Below, piece after piece: positions 39,672 to 51,529 of a DNA stretch of 64,000 bases (position 1 is its first letter; the number at the start of each line of letters is the position of its first letter). The DNA is from an uncultured Gemmatimonadales bacterium (GTDB taxonomy: Bacteria; Gemmatimonadota; Gemmatimonadetes; Longimicrobiales; RSA9). The position numbers and the translations under genes were made by a program. The notes beneath the pieces are model-generated. The model did no database searches. It had not been told where the DNA came from and saw only the letters and a program-made list of their open reading frames with translations. The stretch is taken from assembly GCA_963708135.1 (NCBI GenBank), contig OY970192.1:1216001-1280000 (forward strand), written 5' to 3'.

Positions 39672-40056
39672 GCTCTCTCTCCTTCCAACGCGTTTGCCGG
39701 AAATCGTTCCGGCATCGCCTTCTTCGGCAGCCCGACGGTCTCGGCCTCGAGACTCGCGGCTTTGCGGACCGGCCTCGCGGCCGGGGTGCCATTCTCGGAA
39801 GGAGCCTGGGTGCACCGGAATGCTCGGTACGCACCAAATCGGGCGCGCTCAGACCCGAGCGATCGGCGGCCGCCTACGGGAGACGGTGCCGACGGGCCGA
39901 GCGCCCCGGAGAGAGAGGAGGCGGGAATCGACGCATCGGTCGTGTGACTATCCGGCGGGGGCGCATATTACAGGAAGCGGGCCGCAATCGGCCCGCCGCG
40001 CAACCACTTGTTATCATTGAAGTTGACCAACATCGGGAGGGTCGCGAGGGAGGGCC

Positions 40057-40090
40057 GCTGTAACGAAACGTTCGGCCGCGCTGCAACGAC
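40057..40090. promoter_or_regulatory. Putative operator half-sites (copy 3): GCTGTAACGAAACG ... GCTGCAACGA
   Basis: 40057-40070 is the exact reverse complement of 21668-21681. Confidence 0.45.
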
Positions 40091-40131
40091 TCGTTCCGCT
40101 CCGCCGTCACGGGCCGTGCCGGCGACCCGCT

Positions 40132-41011
40132 TCAGCTCCCGCCGGCGACGACGGTGCCGTTCACGCTCGCCGGCGCCACGCGGACGCAGTTCCTGCCGTC
40201 GGCCTTGGCACGGTAGAGGGCATCGTCGGCAACGGCGAGCAGCTCATCGACCGAGTGGATGCCGCCCGAGAAGGCCGCCACGCCGGCGCTCACGCTCAGC
40301 CCGTCGCCGTTGTGGTGGCGCGCCGCGAGCCGCTCGCGCACGCGCTCAACGAACACGAGGGCACCCTCCACGTTGGCGGAGGACACGACCGACAGGAACT
40401 CCTCGCCGCCGTAGCGGGCGGAGAGATTCATCTTGCGCGTCGTCGCGGCGAGCACCTCCGCGAACGTCTGCAGCGCGGCGTCGCCGGCCGCGTGGCCGCG
40501 CGCATCGTTGTACGCCTTGAAGTGGTCGAGGTCGAAGAGCACCAGCACGAGCGCCCGGCCGCGTCGCGCCGCCTCGAACTCCTTTTCCAGGAACAGCCGT
40601 GCGTAGCGACGGTTGGGCAGCCCCGTCAGCTCGTCCGTGAACGCCAGCCGCTGGGCGTCCTCGCGGGCCCGATGCAGGAGCTCCGCCACCCAGCCGATGC
40701 TCAGCGAAAGGGTTACGTAGAGCGTCACCAGCGTGAGCAGCATCGGTCCGCTGGCCACGTGCCGGCCGAGGATCGCGCACACCGCCTGCGTGATCGAGAG
40801 GACCGCCATGCCGGCCGCGAGCGCCGTCGCCGCGCCGATCCAGCCGCGGTAGTAGGAAAGCAGGAACGCGGGAACGAGCGGCGAGAGCCAGAGCAGGAGC
40901 TCGTACTCGCTCGGCCCGTTGTGGAAGGCCGTGGCATGAGCCACCGGCAGGGCCAGCGCGGCCAGCGAGAATGACCAGCGCGCGGACCGGTACGGTTCGC
41001 CGTGGGAGCAT
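40132..41011 (-). CDS. Membrane diguanylate cyclase (GGEEF), paralog of 9640..10614, apparent frameshift near 40970
   Basis: RYGGEEF, 'DELTGLPNRR', 'LL.YYRG'; the first TM is split between two frames. Confidence 0.8.
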
Positions 41012-41271
41012 GGGCAGCGCTGCCCTCTTCAGTTGTGAAGCGATCGGATCCCGAGCCATCGACGACGCCACGCGGCCGGCACCAGCAACCGCCCCGATCG
41101 GCCGTCGAATCGAGAAAATCTAGGGCAATCGCCTGTCCGCGCGCAAGATTGGCGACGGGCGCAGGGGCGCGCGAACGCCGCCCACCGGCAGGCCACGCTG
41201 ATCATTGCCCTTGACCCGGAGCGCGCGGCAACACAAATTTTGCCAAAATATCTGCAAACGGATCGGCGATG

Positions 41272-41586
41272 ATGCCACGATCGAACGGCGGCGCAGCAAT
41301 GCGGGAGGGGCAGAGCCTGGCCGAATACGCCGGGCTGCTCGCGCTCATCGCGGCCGCCCTGCTGCTTGCCATCCTCGCCCTCAACGGCTCGGTGGCCAGC
41401 GCTTACTCGCGCGCGGCGTACCGGCTGTCGGTCGCCGCGGACGCGGCAGCTTCGCCCGCGCACCCCCCCGGCACCACGAGCGATCCGGTGGGCGGCGGCA
41501 CCGGCGGGGGATCGGGCGATCCTTCTGGCGGCGCGCCGGGCAATTCCGGCGGTCACCGCCAGAACCCCCCGGGCCACGGCCACTGA
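41272..41586 (+). CDS. Flp/Fap-type pilin with Gly/Pro-rich C-terminal extension
   Basis: G|QSLAEY prepilin motif (E+5, Y+6) followed by a hydrophobic helix; start may be 41269, 41272 or 41299. Confidence 0.7.
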   Translation: MPRSNGGAAMREGQSLAEYAGLLALIAAALLLAILALNGSVASAYSRAAYRLSVAADAAASPAHPPGTTSDPVGGGTGGGSGDPSGGAPGNSGGHRQNPPGHGH

Positions 41587-41617
41587 TCGACCCTCCTTCT
41601 CCCGATCCATCCCCGAC

Positions 41618-42478
41618 CTACGCGGCGACCTCCTCCCCATCCTCCTCCGGCGCGTTCGCCGCGTACGGCAGGCGCACCCCGCTCCGCACCGCCGATCGGA
41701 TGTAGAGCACGAGCGGCGGCAGCAGGACCAGCAGCACCAGCGCCGCCCAGGGAAAACCCCGGCGCAGCTGGGCGAGGTCCGGCCCGTGCGCCGGCGAGCC
41801 CGGCAGCGCCGGGATCGCGCCCGCCAGCACGGCGGCCGCGTTGTTCACCGCATGGATCCCGATCGTGAGCCACAGCGAGCCGGTCCGCAGGTAGATCGCG
41901 CACAGCGTGAGCCCCAGCAGGAAGGCGCCCGGCTTGTTCGCGTGCAGCAGCGAGAACCCCAGCGAGCTGAGCAGCACGGCCGGCAGCACACCCCACCGGC
42001 GCGCCCACCGGTGCAGCAGCACCCCGCGGAACGTCAGCTCCTCCAGCGGCGGCGCCACCACCAGGATCACCGTGCCGAGCAGGATCGCACGCAGCACCGG
42101 GAAGGACCGCCCCAGGTCGAACATCGCGCTCTCGCGCGGGATCGCCCCGAGCACCGCCCGCACGTACCCCGGCGCCACGAACGATAGGCCGCCGTATACC
42201 CCTACGAACGCCGCCAGCGACAGGATCGGCAGCCCCGCTCCCACGAGCAGCACCCGCCACGCGCCCGGACCCGGCATCGGGCCCAGCAATCGCGATGTGT
42301 CCAGCCCGTAGCGCCGCTCCAGCCAGAGCAGCCACGCCGCCAGCGTTCCCTCCAACAGGAACGCGAGCCCCACCGCCGCCGCGTGAATGCCGTACAGCAC
42401 CACCCCGAGCACGAGCGTCCCGAGCCACCACCAGACCAGGTGCCGGACGCGGATGCGGTCGAAGACGGACACGGGCAC
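41618..42478 (-). CDS. CPBP family intramembrane glutamic endopeptidase (Abi/CAAX)
   Basis: 'PPLEELTFRG', 'FSLLH', 'GSLW..I.IHAVNN'. Confidence 0.88.
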   Translation of the reverse strand: MPVSVFDRIRVRHLVWWWLGTLVLGVVLYGIHAAAVGLAFLLEGTLAAWLLWLERRYGLDTSRLLGPMPGPGAWRVLLVGAGLPILSLAAFVGVYGGLSFVAPGYVRAVLGAIPRESAMFDLGRSFPVLRAILLGTVILVVAPPLEELTFRGVLLHRWARRWGVLPAVLLSSLGFSLLHANKPGAFLLGLTLCAIYLRTGSLWLTIGIHAVNNAAAVLAGAIPALPGSPAHGPDLAQLRRGFPWAALVLLVLLPPLVLYIRSAVRSGVRLPYAANAPEEDGEEVAA

Positions 42479-42611
42479 GCTCCAGGAGGGCGAGTCGAAA
42501 AACTCGCAATATACGCCGGCTGCGTCTCAGCGCTCCTCCGTCCCTCTGCGAGAGATGGTTACGCGATGCAGCCGCGGCCTCGGCCGACTCATCCGCTCTC
42601 CAGCGCCGCGG

Positions 42612-43064
42612 CTATGACCCCCCGCGCACCAGCCGCTCCACCAGGGCCGCCGATCGCTCCAGCTGGCGCAGCTCCGCCGGCGCTGCGGCGGCCAGCAGAT
42701 CCGCCAGCCTCGCCACCCGCCGCGCCCGACCCGCCTCCAGCACGCGCCTCCCCTCCGCCGTCGCCCGCACCCGCACCACTCGCCCATCGTCCGCGCCACG
42801 CTCCCGCGCCACCAGCCCCTCCGCCTCCAGCGCGCTCACCAGCCGACTCATCGTGGGGGCGCGCACCTGCTCCGCCGCCGCCAGCTCGCCCAGCGCGCGA
42901 GGCCCCCCGAACACCAGCACCGACAGCGCCGACAGCCGCGCCGCCGACACCCCCGCCGCCGCGTCCTCCCGCCGCACTGCTCGCAGCAGGTGGATCGCGG
43001 CAGAATGCAGCCGGTCCGCGACCTCGCGCGGCTCCGGCCCCGAAGTGCTTGGCTCCCGTCCCAT
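42612..43064 (-). CDS. MarR family transcriptional regulator
   Basis: 'LGELAAAEQVRAPTMSRLV..LE..GLV.R....DGR'; probably leaderless (TATAAT 5 nt before the ATG). Confidence 0.9.
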   Translation of the reverse strand: MGREPSTSGPEPREVADRLHSAAIHLLRAVRREDAAAGVSAARLSALSVLVFGGPRALGELAAAEQVRAPTMSRLVSALEAEGLVARERGADDGRVVRVRATAEGRRVLEAGRARRVARLADLLAAAAPAELRQLERSAALVERLVRGGS

Positions 43065-43069
43065 GCCGC

Positions 43070-43089
43070 ATTATAGTTAGCGCAGCTAA
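43070..43089. promoter_or_regulatory. marR -10 box and probable MarR operator TTAGC-GCA-GCTAA
   Basis: ATTATA (TATAAT on minus) at 43070-43075; palindrome at 43077-43089 between divergent marR and VOC genes. Confidence 0.6.
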
Positions 43090-43191
43090 TGAAGTCCACG
43101 GCGCCCGACGGCTGCCGCAGGCGACGCGGCCGCCGCGCGCCCGTCGCGTGCCGCGGCTTCGTCGTCGCCCGACCCCAGGAGAGGAGGGGAC

Positions 43192-43575
43192 ATGTCCACG
43201 ACTCCGGCAGGGCCCTCGCGGATCGGCCAGATCTCGATTCCGGTGAAGGAGGTGGAGCGGGCGGTGGGGTTCTACCGCGACGCGCTGGGGCTCACGCTGC
43301 TCTTCGAGGTGCCCGGGATGGCGTTCTTCGACTGCGGCGGGGTTCGCCTGATGCTCTCGCGGGCCGAGAGCGCCGAGTTCGACCACCCGGCCTCGGTGCT
43401 CTACTACCGGGTCGCGGACATCGGGGCCGCGCGGGGTCGCATGGCGCAGCGCGAGGTCGAGTTCCGGGACGAGCCGCACAAGGTGGCGGAGCTGCCGGAC
43501 CACGAGCTCTGGATGACGTTCTTCGATGACACGGAGGGGAACGTGGGGGCGCTGATGGAGGAGCGGAGGCGGTAG
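43192..43575 (+). CDS. VOC/glyoxalase family protein
   Basis: 'IGQI.IPV..VERA..FYRD.LGL', 'FF.D.EGN...L'. Confidence 0.9.
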   Translation: MSTTPAGPSRIGQISIPVKEVERAVGFYRDALGLTLLFEVPGMAFFDCGGVRLMLSRAESAEFDHPASVLYYRVADIGAARGRMAQREVEFRDEPHKVAELPDHELWMTFFDDTEGNVGALMEERRR

Positions 43576-43662
43576 CGCGGGCGCTTCAACTCTCGTCGCG
43601 GCGATCTCGCGCGCCGATGCTGCCGGCGTGCCTCTCTCTCGCAGAGCCGCCGCGAGAGAGAT

Positions 43663-44547
43663 TCACGCGATTGAGCCGGCGGCCTCGCCCGGCTCCGCGT
43701 TCCGGGGGACGAGCTGCTCGGCGGGCGTGAAGAAGGTCCGGCGGTACCAGCGCACGACGAGGGCGGCGGTGGTGGCGACGGCGCCGGCGAGCATGAAGGC
43801 GACGACGATCTGGTAGCGCACGGCGAGGACGGGGGATGCGCCGGCGAGGATCTGGCCGGTCATCATGCCGGGCAGCGCGACGAGCCCGACGACGGCGAGG
43901 CCGTTGACGGTGGGGATGAGCGCGGCGACGAGCGCGCGCCGCTCCGGCCCCTGCGCGGCGCGGGCGGGGCTTGCGCCGAGGGCGAGCCAGGCCTCGATCT
44001 CCGGGCGCCGGCTCTCGATCTCGCCGGCCAGGCGCTCTGCGGCGAGGGCGGCGCCGTTCATGGCGTTGCCGATGATCATGCCGAAGAGCGGGATCAGGTA
44101 CTCCGGGTCGTACCACGGGTGGACGCGCACGACCACGGCGCCGACGTAGGCGAGCGTGAGCCCGGCGCCGATCAGCATGGCGGCGCCGCTGATGGCGAAG
44201 AGGGTGCCGCCGCCGCGTCGCTGCCGGTCCGTGGCGGTCTTCGTGGCGGCGAGGAGCATGACGAGCAGGGCGAGGAGCACGAGGTACCAGCGTCGCACGG
44301 CGAAGAGGTAGAGCAGCACGTACCCGACGGCGGCGAGCTGCACGACGGCGCGCACCGCGCCGATGGCGAGCCCGCGGCCGAGCCCGAGGCGCTGCCAGGC
44401 GGAGATGGCGATCGCCGCGAGAACGAGCGCGGCGGAGAGGGCGACGCGGCCCCAGCCGACCTCGATGGGCGGCCGGCCGACGGCGGCATGCGCGGCCTGG
44501 AGCGTCACCGCGGCGGCGTGGAGCGCTGCGAAGCCGGCGGCGCCCAC
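43663..44547 (-). CDS. fetB: ABC transporter permease, FetB/YbbM (UPF0014) family
   Basis: 'RAVVQL..VGYVL', 'Y.IP..GMIIGNAM', 'GLV.LPGMMTGQILAG.SP..AVRYQI'. Confidence 0.85.
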   Translation of the reverse strand: MGAAGFAALHAAAVTLQAAHAAVGRPPIEVGWGRVALSAALVLAAIAISAWQRLGLGRGLAIGAVRAVVQLAAVGYVLLYLFAVRRWYLVLLALLVMLLAATKTATDRQRRGGGTLFAISGAAMLIGAGLTLAYVGAVVVRVHPWYDPEYLIPLFGMIIGNAMNGAALAAERLAGEIESRRPEIEAWLALGASPARAAQGPERRALVAALIPTVNGLAVVGLVALPGMMTGQILAGASPVLAVRYQIVVAFMLAGAVATTAALVVRWYRRTFFTPAEQLVPRNAEPGEAAGSIA

Positions 44548-44550
44548 GGC

Positions 44551-45291
44551 TCAGCCGCTCGCCAGGTACGCGCGGGTGCGCGCCTGCCGGGCCTGCCGGA
44601 ACAGCGTCTCGGTCGGGCCGGCCTCGACGACGCGTCCCGCCTCCAGCATGACCGTGTAGCGGCTGGCGGCGCGCGCCTCCGCGAGGCGGTGCGTGACCAT
44701 CACGATGGTGAGGCGCTTCGCCCGCGAGAGGCCCGTCACGGTGGCGATCAGGTGGTCGGCGACCTCGGGGTCGAGGCCGGAGGTCGGCTCGTCCAGGAGC
44801 AGGGCGGCGGGGCGGGTCATGAGGGCGCGGCCGATGCTCACGCGCTGCTGCTCGCCGCCGGAGAGCACGGCGGCGTCCCGCGAGGCGAACGACGGATCGA
44901 GGCCGACCTGCGAGAGCACCTCCTCGACATCCGCGCGGCCGCGCGGGCGCTCCTCCCCCGGCGGCACGAACTCCAGGCCGGCGCACAGGTTGTCGGCCAC
45001 CGTCCCCGCGAACATCGTGGGCTGCTGGAAGACGAAGCCGACGCGGCGGCGGAGCTCACGCACCGGGAGCTCGCCGATCGGACGCCCGTCGAGCTCGATG
45101 GTGCCCGACACGGGGTCGTCGAGGCGGTTCAGTAGCCGGAGCAGCGAGGTCTTGCCGCCGCCGGAGGGGCCCACGAGCGCCGTGACCAGGCCGGCCGCGA
45201 TGGAGAGCTGGATGCCGTCGAGCAGCGTCCGTCCGCCTCGGCGCTGGCGCACGTCACGGAGCACGAACAGGTCGCTTTCGGCGTCTCGCAC
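44551..45291 (-). CDS. ABC transporter ATP-binding protein (FetA/YbbL-like)
   Basis: GPSGGGKT, LSGGEQQR, LLLDEPT, VTH; start about GTG 45291. Confidence 0.85.
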   Translation of the reverse strand: MRDAESDLFVLRDVRQRRGGRTLLDGIQLSIAAGLVTALVGPSGGGKTSLLRLLNRLDDPVSGTIELDGRPIGELPVRELRRRVGFVFQQPTMFAGTVADNLCAGLEFVPPGEERPRGRADVEEVLSQVGLDPSFASRDAAVLSGGEQQRVSIGRALMTRPAALLLDEPTSGLDPEVADHLIATVTGLSRAKRLTIVMVTHRLAEARAASRYTVMLEAGRVVEAGPTETLFRQARQARTRAYLASG

Positions 45292-45412
45292 GGCCGTCCA
45301 CGCTGGGGGAGAGGGACTGGAGGCTCGCCGCGGCGCGTCCGCTGGCGCGCTCAAGATAGGCGACGCGGGACGCTTTCGCGCCACCGGTCCGTCTGCTACC
45401 CTTCCGTCCCCT

Positions 45413-46153
45413 ATGGAACATGCGCTCGAGGTGCGGAATCTCTCGGTCACCTTCGGCAGGGACCGCGTGCTGCGGGACCTCAGCTTCTCGGTGGAGTCCG
45501 GGAGCACGGTGGCCATCATCGGCCCGAACGGGGCGGGGAAGACGGTGCTCTTCCGCGCGCTGATCGGCACCGTGCCGTACGACGGCGAGGTGCGCTGGGC
45601 GCCGGGGACCCGCATCGGCTACGTCCCGCAGAAGCTGGACATCGAGCGCGACCTGCCGCTGACCGGGCTCGACTTCCTGCGCGCGAAGGCGGAGGTCTCC
45701 GGCACGCCGGCGGGCGAGATGGAGGGCGTGCTCGGCGCGGTCAACCTGCCGCCAGAGGCGGCCGCGCGCCCGATCGGCACCCTGTCGGGCGGGCAGTTCC
45801 AGCGCCTGCTCGTGGCGTTCGCGCTCATGGGCTCGCCCAGCGTGCTCCTGTTCGACGAGCCCACGGCGGGCGTGGACCAGCCGGGCGAGGAGAGCATTTA
45901 CGCGCTGTTCCGCGAGCTGCAGCGGCAGCGGGGATTCACGCTCCTGCTCATCTCGCACGAGATCAACCTGGTCTACCGCTATGCGGACAAGGCGCTCTGC
46001 CTGTCGCACAGTGCCGTCTGCTTCGGCCCGCCGCTGGAGGTGGTGACGACCGATCTGCTGCAGGAGATGTACAGCCCGGGGGTGAAGTTCCACGAGCACG
46101 GCCAGGCGCGCGGCCCCGTCGAGCCCCTCCACGGCCACGGCCATTCGCAATGA
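45413..46153 (+). CDS. Metal (Zn/Mn) ABC transporter ATP-binding protein, ZnuC-like
   Basis: GPNGAGKT, IGYVPQ, LSGGQFQR, DEPTAGVD; His-rich C-terminus. Confidence 0.88.
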   Translation: MEHALEVRNLSVTFGRDRVLRDLSFSVESGSTVAIIGPNGAGKTVLFRALIGTVPYDGEVRWAPGTRIGYVPQKLDIERDLPLTGLDFLRAKAEVSGTPAGEMEGVLGAVNLPPEAAARPIGTLSGGQFQRLLVAFALMGSPSVLLFDEPTAGVDQPGEESIYALFRELQRQRGFTLLLISHEINLVYRYADKALCLSHSAVCFGPPLEVVTTDLLQEMYSPGVKFHEHGQARGPVEPLHGHGHSQ

Positions 46154-46926
46154 GCGCGGGCGCTGACGTCCTGAGCCGTCTCGTCCTGCCGCTCGGGATG
46201 GCCGTGGCCGCGGGCCTGGTCGGCTCGGTGGCGGTCATGCGGCGCATGACGCTGGCCTCGGACGCCATCTCCCACGTCGCGCTGCCCGGCATCGGGCTCG
46301 CGCTCCTGCTGCGCGTGAACCCGGTGCTCGGGGCACTGGCCGCGCTGTTCGTCGGCACGTTGCTGGTCTGGGTGGTCGAGCGGCAGAGCCGGATCCCGAC
46401 GGAGGCGGTCATCGGCGTCGTCTTCTCGGCCGCTCTCGCCATCGGCAGCATGATGGCCTCGGGCGACGAGCTGATCGAGGCGCTGTTCGGGGCGCCGCAG
46501 TCGCTCGGCCGCGTGGAGCTCGTGCTGGGCGTCGTGGGCTCGCTGCTGGTGATCGCGTTCATGCTCCGGGCGAGGAGCCGGCTCGTCCTCTCGCTCGTCT
46601 CCGCCGACCTGGCCCGCACCGCCGGCGTGGATGTCGCGCGCGTGGACCTGCTCTTCCTGATGGCTTTCGCGCTCACCGTCGCACTCGGGCTCCGCTACCT
46701 GGGCGTGCTGCTCATGGGCTCTCTCATCATCATCCCCGCCGCCACCGCCAGGCAGCTCGCCCGCAGCCTGGGCGGCATGCAGCTCATCTCCGTCTCGATC
46801 GCCGTCGGCGCCACGCTCGCCGGATCGCTGGCCGCTCCGGCGCTGGGGCTGGAGACCGGCCCGGTCATCATCGTCGTGGCCGCCGCGGCGTTCTTCCTCG
46901 GCCTCGCGGTGCCACGCCCGGGCTGA
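46150..46926 (+). CDS. Metal ABC transporter permease, ZnuB-like (ABC-3)
   Basis: 'RRM.L.SDAISHVALPG', 'LFG', 'LG.LL..SL.IIPAATA', 'GP.II'. Confidence 0.9.
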   Translation: MSAGADVLSRLVLPLGMAVAAGLVGSVAVMRRMTLASDAISHVALPGIGLALLLRVNPVLGALAALFVGTLLVWVVERQSRIPTEAVIGVVFSAALAIGSMMASGDELIEALFGAPQSLGRVELVLGVVGSLLVIAFMLRARSRLVLSLVSADLARTAGVDVARVDLLFLMAFALTVALGLRYLGVLLMGSLIIIPAATARQLARSLGGMQLISVSIAVGATLAGSLAAPALGLETGPVIIVVAAAAFFLGLAVPRPG

Positions 46927-46952
46927 CCCCGCACCCCTATCCTGGAGGCACA

Positions 46953-47543
46953 ATGGACGGCTACCACATCGCCCTCTTCATCCACCTCTTCGCCATCCTC
47001 GCCGCAACGGCGGCCACGGCGGTCGTTGAGGTCGCACAGACGAGAGGCCGCCGCGCGGCCACCGTGGCCGAGGCGCTCGAGTGGCACGCCTCTGCCGGGC
47101 GGGCGGCCCGGACCTTCCCGGCCGCGGTACTCGCCCTCGTGCTCACCGGCGGCTACATGATCCGGGCGGGCGGCGCGTGGTCGTGGCAGATGGGCTGGGT
47201 CCAGGCCGGACTCACCGGCGCCGTGCTGCTGCTCGCGAGCGGCGCCGTGCTTGGGCCGCGCGCCCGCAGGCGGGGCGACGCGCTGCGCGCGCTGCCGCCG
47301 GCCGCCGCGCCGCCGCCGAACCGCGATGCCGTCATGGGTGCCATCGGCTCGGCCAACCCCGGTCTGGCGCTCGGCGTCGTGTTCGTCATGGCGACGAAGC
47401 CCGCGCTGGCCACCTCGCTTGCGATCCTCCTCATCGGGGCCGCCGCGGGCATCGTGCGGGGCCGCGCCCGCGCGCGCGCCGCGGCCGGCGCAACGGCTCG
47501 AGGTCCGGAGAGGGAGGCGGTCGAGACCGAGCCGGCCTCCTGA
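46953..47543 (+). CDS. Hypothetical 4-TM membrane protein (DUF2269-like)
   Basis: GGAGG RBS; 'LF.H', 'L.LTG.YM', 'VFVM.TKP'. Confidence 0.6.
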   Translation: MDGYHIALFIHLFAILAATAATAVVEVAQTRGRRAATVAEALEWHASAGRAARTFPAAVLALVLTGGYMIRAGGAWSWQMGWVQAGLTGAVLLLASGAVLGPRARRRGDALRALPPAAAPPPNRDAVMGAIGSANPGLALGVVFVMATKPALATSLAILLIGAAAGIVRGRARARAAAGATARGPEREAVETEPAS

Positions 47544-47749
47544 GCCGCGGCCCGGGAGCGCGCGGCGGGCCGCGCCGCCGGCCCGCCGCTCCGCCCTTGC
47601 CGGACCACCGGCTCCCGGGCATCTTGCGCCGCCCGGATGGCGGTGGCACGTGCCGCGCCTCCGGAATGCACGCGGGGCGGCCGCTCATGGCGGCCGCCCA
47701 CCCTCGAATGCTCGCCCCCGGCGGCGCAGCCCCGGGATCGGGAGGTACC

Positions 47750-48046
47750 ATGCGCAGGAGCCACACGCACCGCCCCTTCCGCCTCGGCTCGGCCCTCGCC
47801 GTGGCGTTCGGCGCCGCCCTCGCGGCGGCGGCGTGCCAGGAGAGCCAGCCGCCGGCCCCCGCCCAGCCGGCCGGCATGCATGCCGTGCCGCTGCGCTCGG
47901 GCCAGCCCCAGCCCGGCGGCGGCGCCCCCATGGCGGCCGGCCCCGCGTTCCCCGCCGGAAGCCCCGAGCAGCCCGCCGCCGACACCACCCCGCGGGCCGC
48001 TTCGACCCGGCCCGCGTCCGATACGACCGGCGGCGCCCGCCGGTAG
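47750..48046 (+). CDS. Small Pro/Ala-rich lipoprotein
   Basis: GGAGG RBS; lipobox AAAAC; low-complexity tail. Confidence 0.5.
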   Translation: MRRSHTHRPFRLGSALAVAFGAALAAAACQESQPPAPAQPAGMHAVPLRSGQPQPGGGAPMAAGPAFPAGSPEQPAADTTPRAASTRPASDTTGGARR

Positions 48047-48061
48047 CCGCGCGGCGGGTCG

Positions 48062-50521
<2,460 letters not shown>

Positions 50522-50600
50522 GATTTCCTCTCCTCTCGAGGCTCGGGAGCGCCAATGCTCCCGGACGCAACTTAGGGCGGTGGGATCCGGCGGCGCGAGG

Positions 50601-50682
50601 TGCGGGACGCGGGACGCGGGATGCGCGATGCGGGATGCGGGATGCGGGATGCGAACCCCGCCACGCATCCCGCGTCCCGCAT
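50601..50682. repeat. 7-bp tandem repeat (YGCGGGA) x7 plus inverted copies
   Basis: Seven units at 50601-50649; CGCATCCCGCGTCCCGCAT at 50664-50682. Confidence 0.85.
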
Positions 50683-50696
50683 TACCGCTCGGGGCG

Positions 50697-51428
50697 CTAC
50701 GCGCCGGGGTGTCGGGATTCAGCCTCCTCCAGCTTCTCCGGCCGGCCTTCCCGCCGCGCCGGCTCGAGCCGCGCCAGCGCGCGCAGGTTGCCCGCGACCC
50801 GGCCGAGCAGCAGCAGGATCATGCCGAGGGCGACCGCCACCCCGATCACATCGAACACCGTCATGCCGATCCCCGCGACCGTGAAGGGCAGGGGCCCCCG
50901 GATGAGCGCGGCCGTGTTCAGCGCGATGAGGATGAGGCGCACCTCCGTCGGCCCGAGCCGTCCGTAGCTCGCGGCGAACTCGCCGAAGGCGTGCGTCTCC
51001 AGATAGACGTTGATCGAGAGCACCAGGTACGCTACCGCAATGCCCAGCCCCACCGAAAGCAGCATGTACGGCGAGAAGCCGAGCCCCAGCCCCACCGCGA
51101 GCGTCGAGTAGGCGTCCGTCAGGTGGTCCAGGTAATAGCCGTAGCGCGGCCGCTCGATCCTGCGCACCCGCGCGAGCGTCCCGTCCAGGCTGTCGCCGAA
51201 CCAGTTCGCCACCAGCGCGCCGTTCACCAGCCACAGCCACGCCGCCGAGCGGTTCGTCAGGATGTAGCCGACCGCCACGGCCGTGGAGGCGGCCAGCCCG
51301 AGCAGCGTCATGTGGTCCGGCACCACCCAGGCGGGCAGCGCGTTCGCCAGCGCCGGCAGGACCCGCCGCTCGAATCGGGCGAGGAGGAACTCCGAGGTTC
51401 GCTGGTGCTTGCCGGCCGGTGCGCTCAT
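50697..51428 (-). CDS. CDP-alcohol phosphatidyltransferase family protein
   Basis: 'DSLDGTLAR......RYGYYLDHLTD' signature. Confidence 0.92.
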   Translation of the reverse strand: MSAPAGKHQRTSEFLLARFERRVLPALANALPAWVVPDHMTLLGLAASTAVAVGYILTNRSAAWLWLVNGALVANWFGDSLDGTLARVRRIERPRYGYYLDHLTDAYSTLAVGLGLGFSPYMLLSVGLGIAVAYLVLSINVYLETHAFGEFAASYGRLGPTEVRLILIALNTAALIRGPLPFTVAGIGMTVFDVIGVAVALGMILLLLGRVAGNLRALARLEPARREGRPEKLEEAESRHPGA

Positions 51429-51529
51429 CGTCACGCGCTCTCCGCATCGAGGGATGCCGAAGTCTCGCCACGGCGTCGCCGCGGGTCAACGCCACGCGTC
51501 GTCACGGCGCGTGGCATTGGTGGAAATCC

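Noticed and set aside
41618..43064. C-rich skew as a special DNA element
   Set aside because: Explained by minus-strand genes rich in GTG/GGG/GCG codons.
44551..45291. pstB phosphate transporter ATPase
   Set aside because: Coupled to a UPF0014/FetB permease rather than pstSCA.
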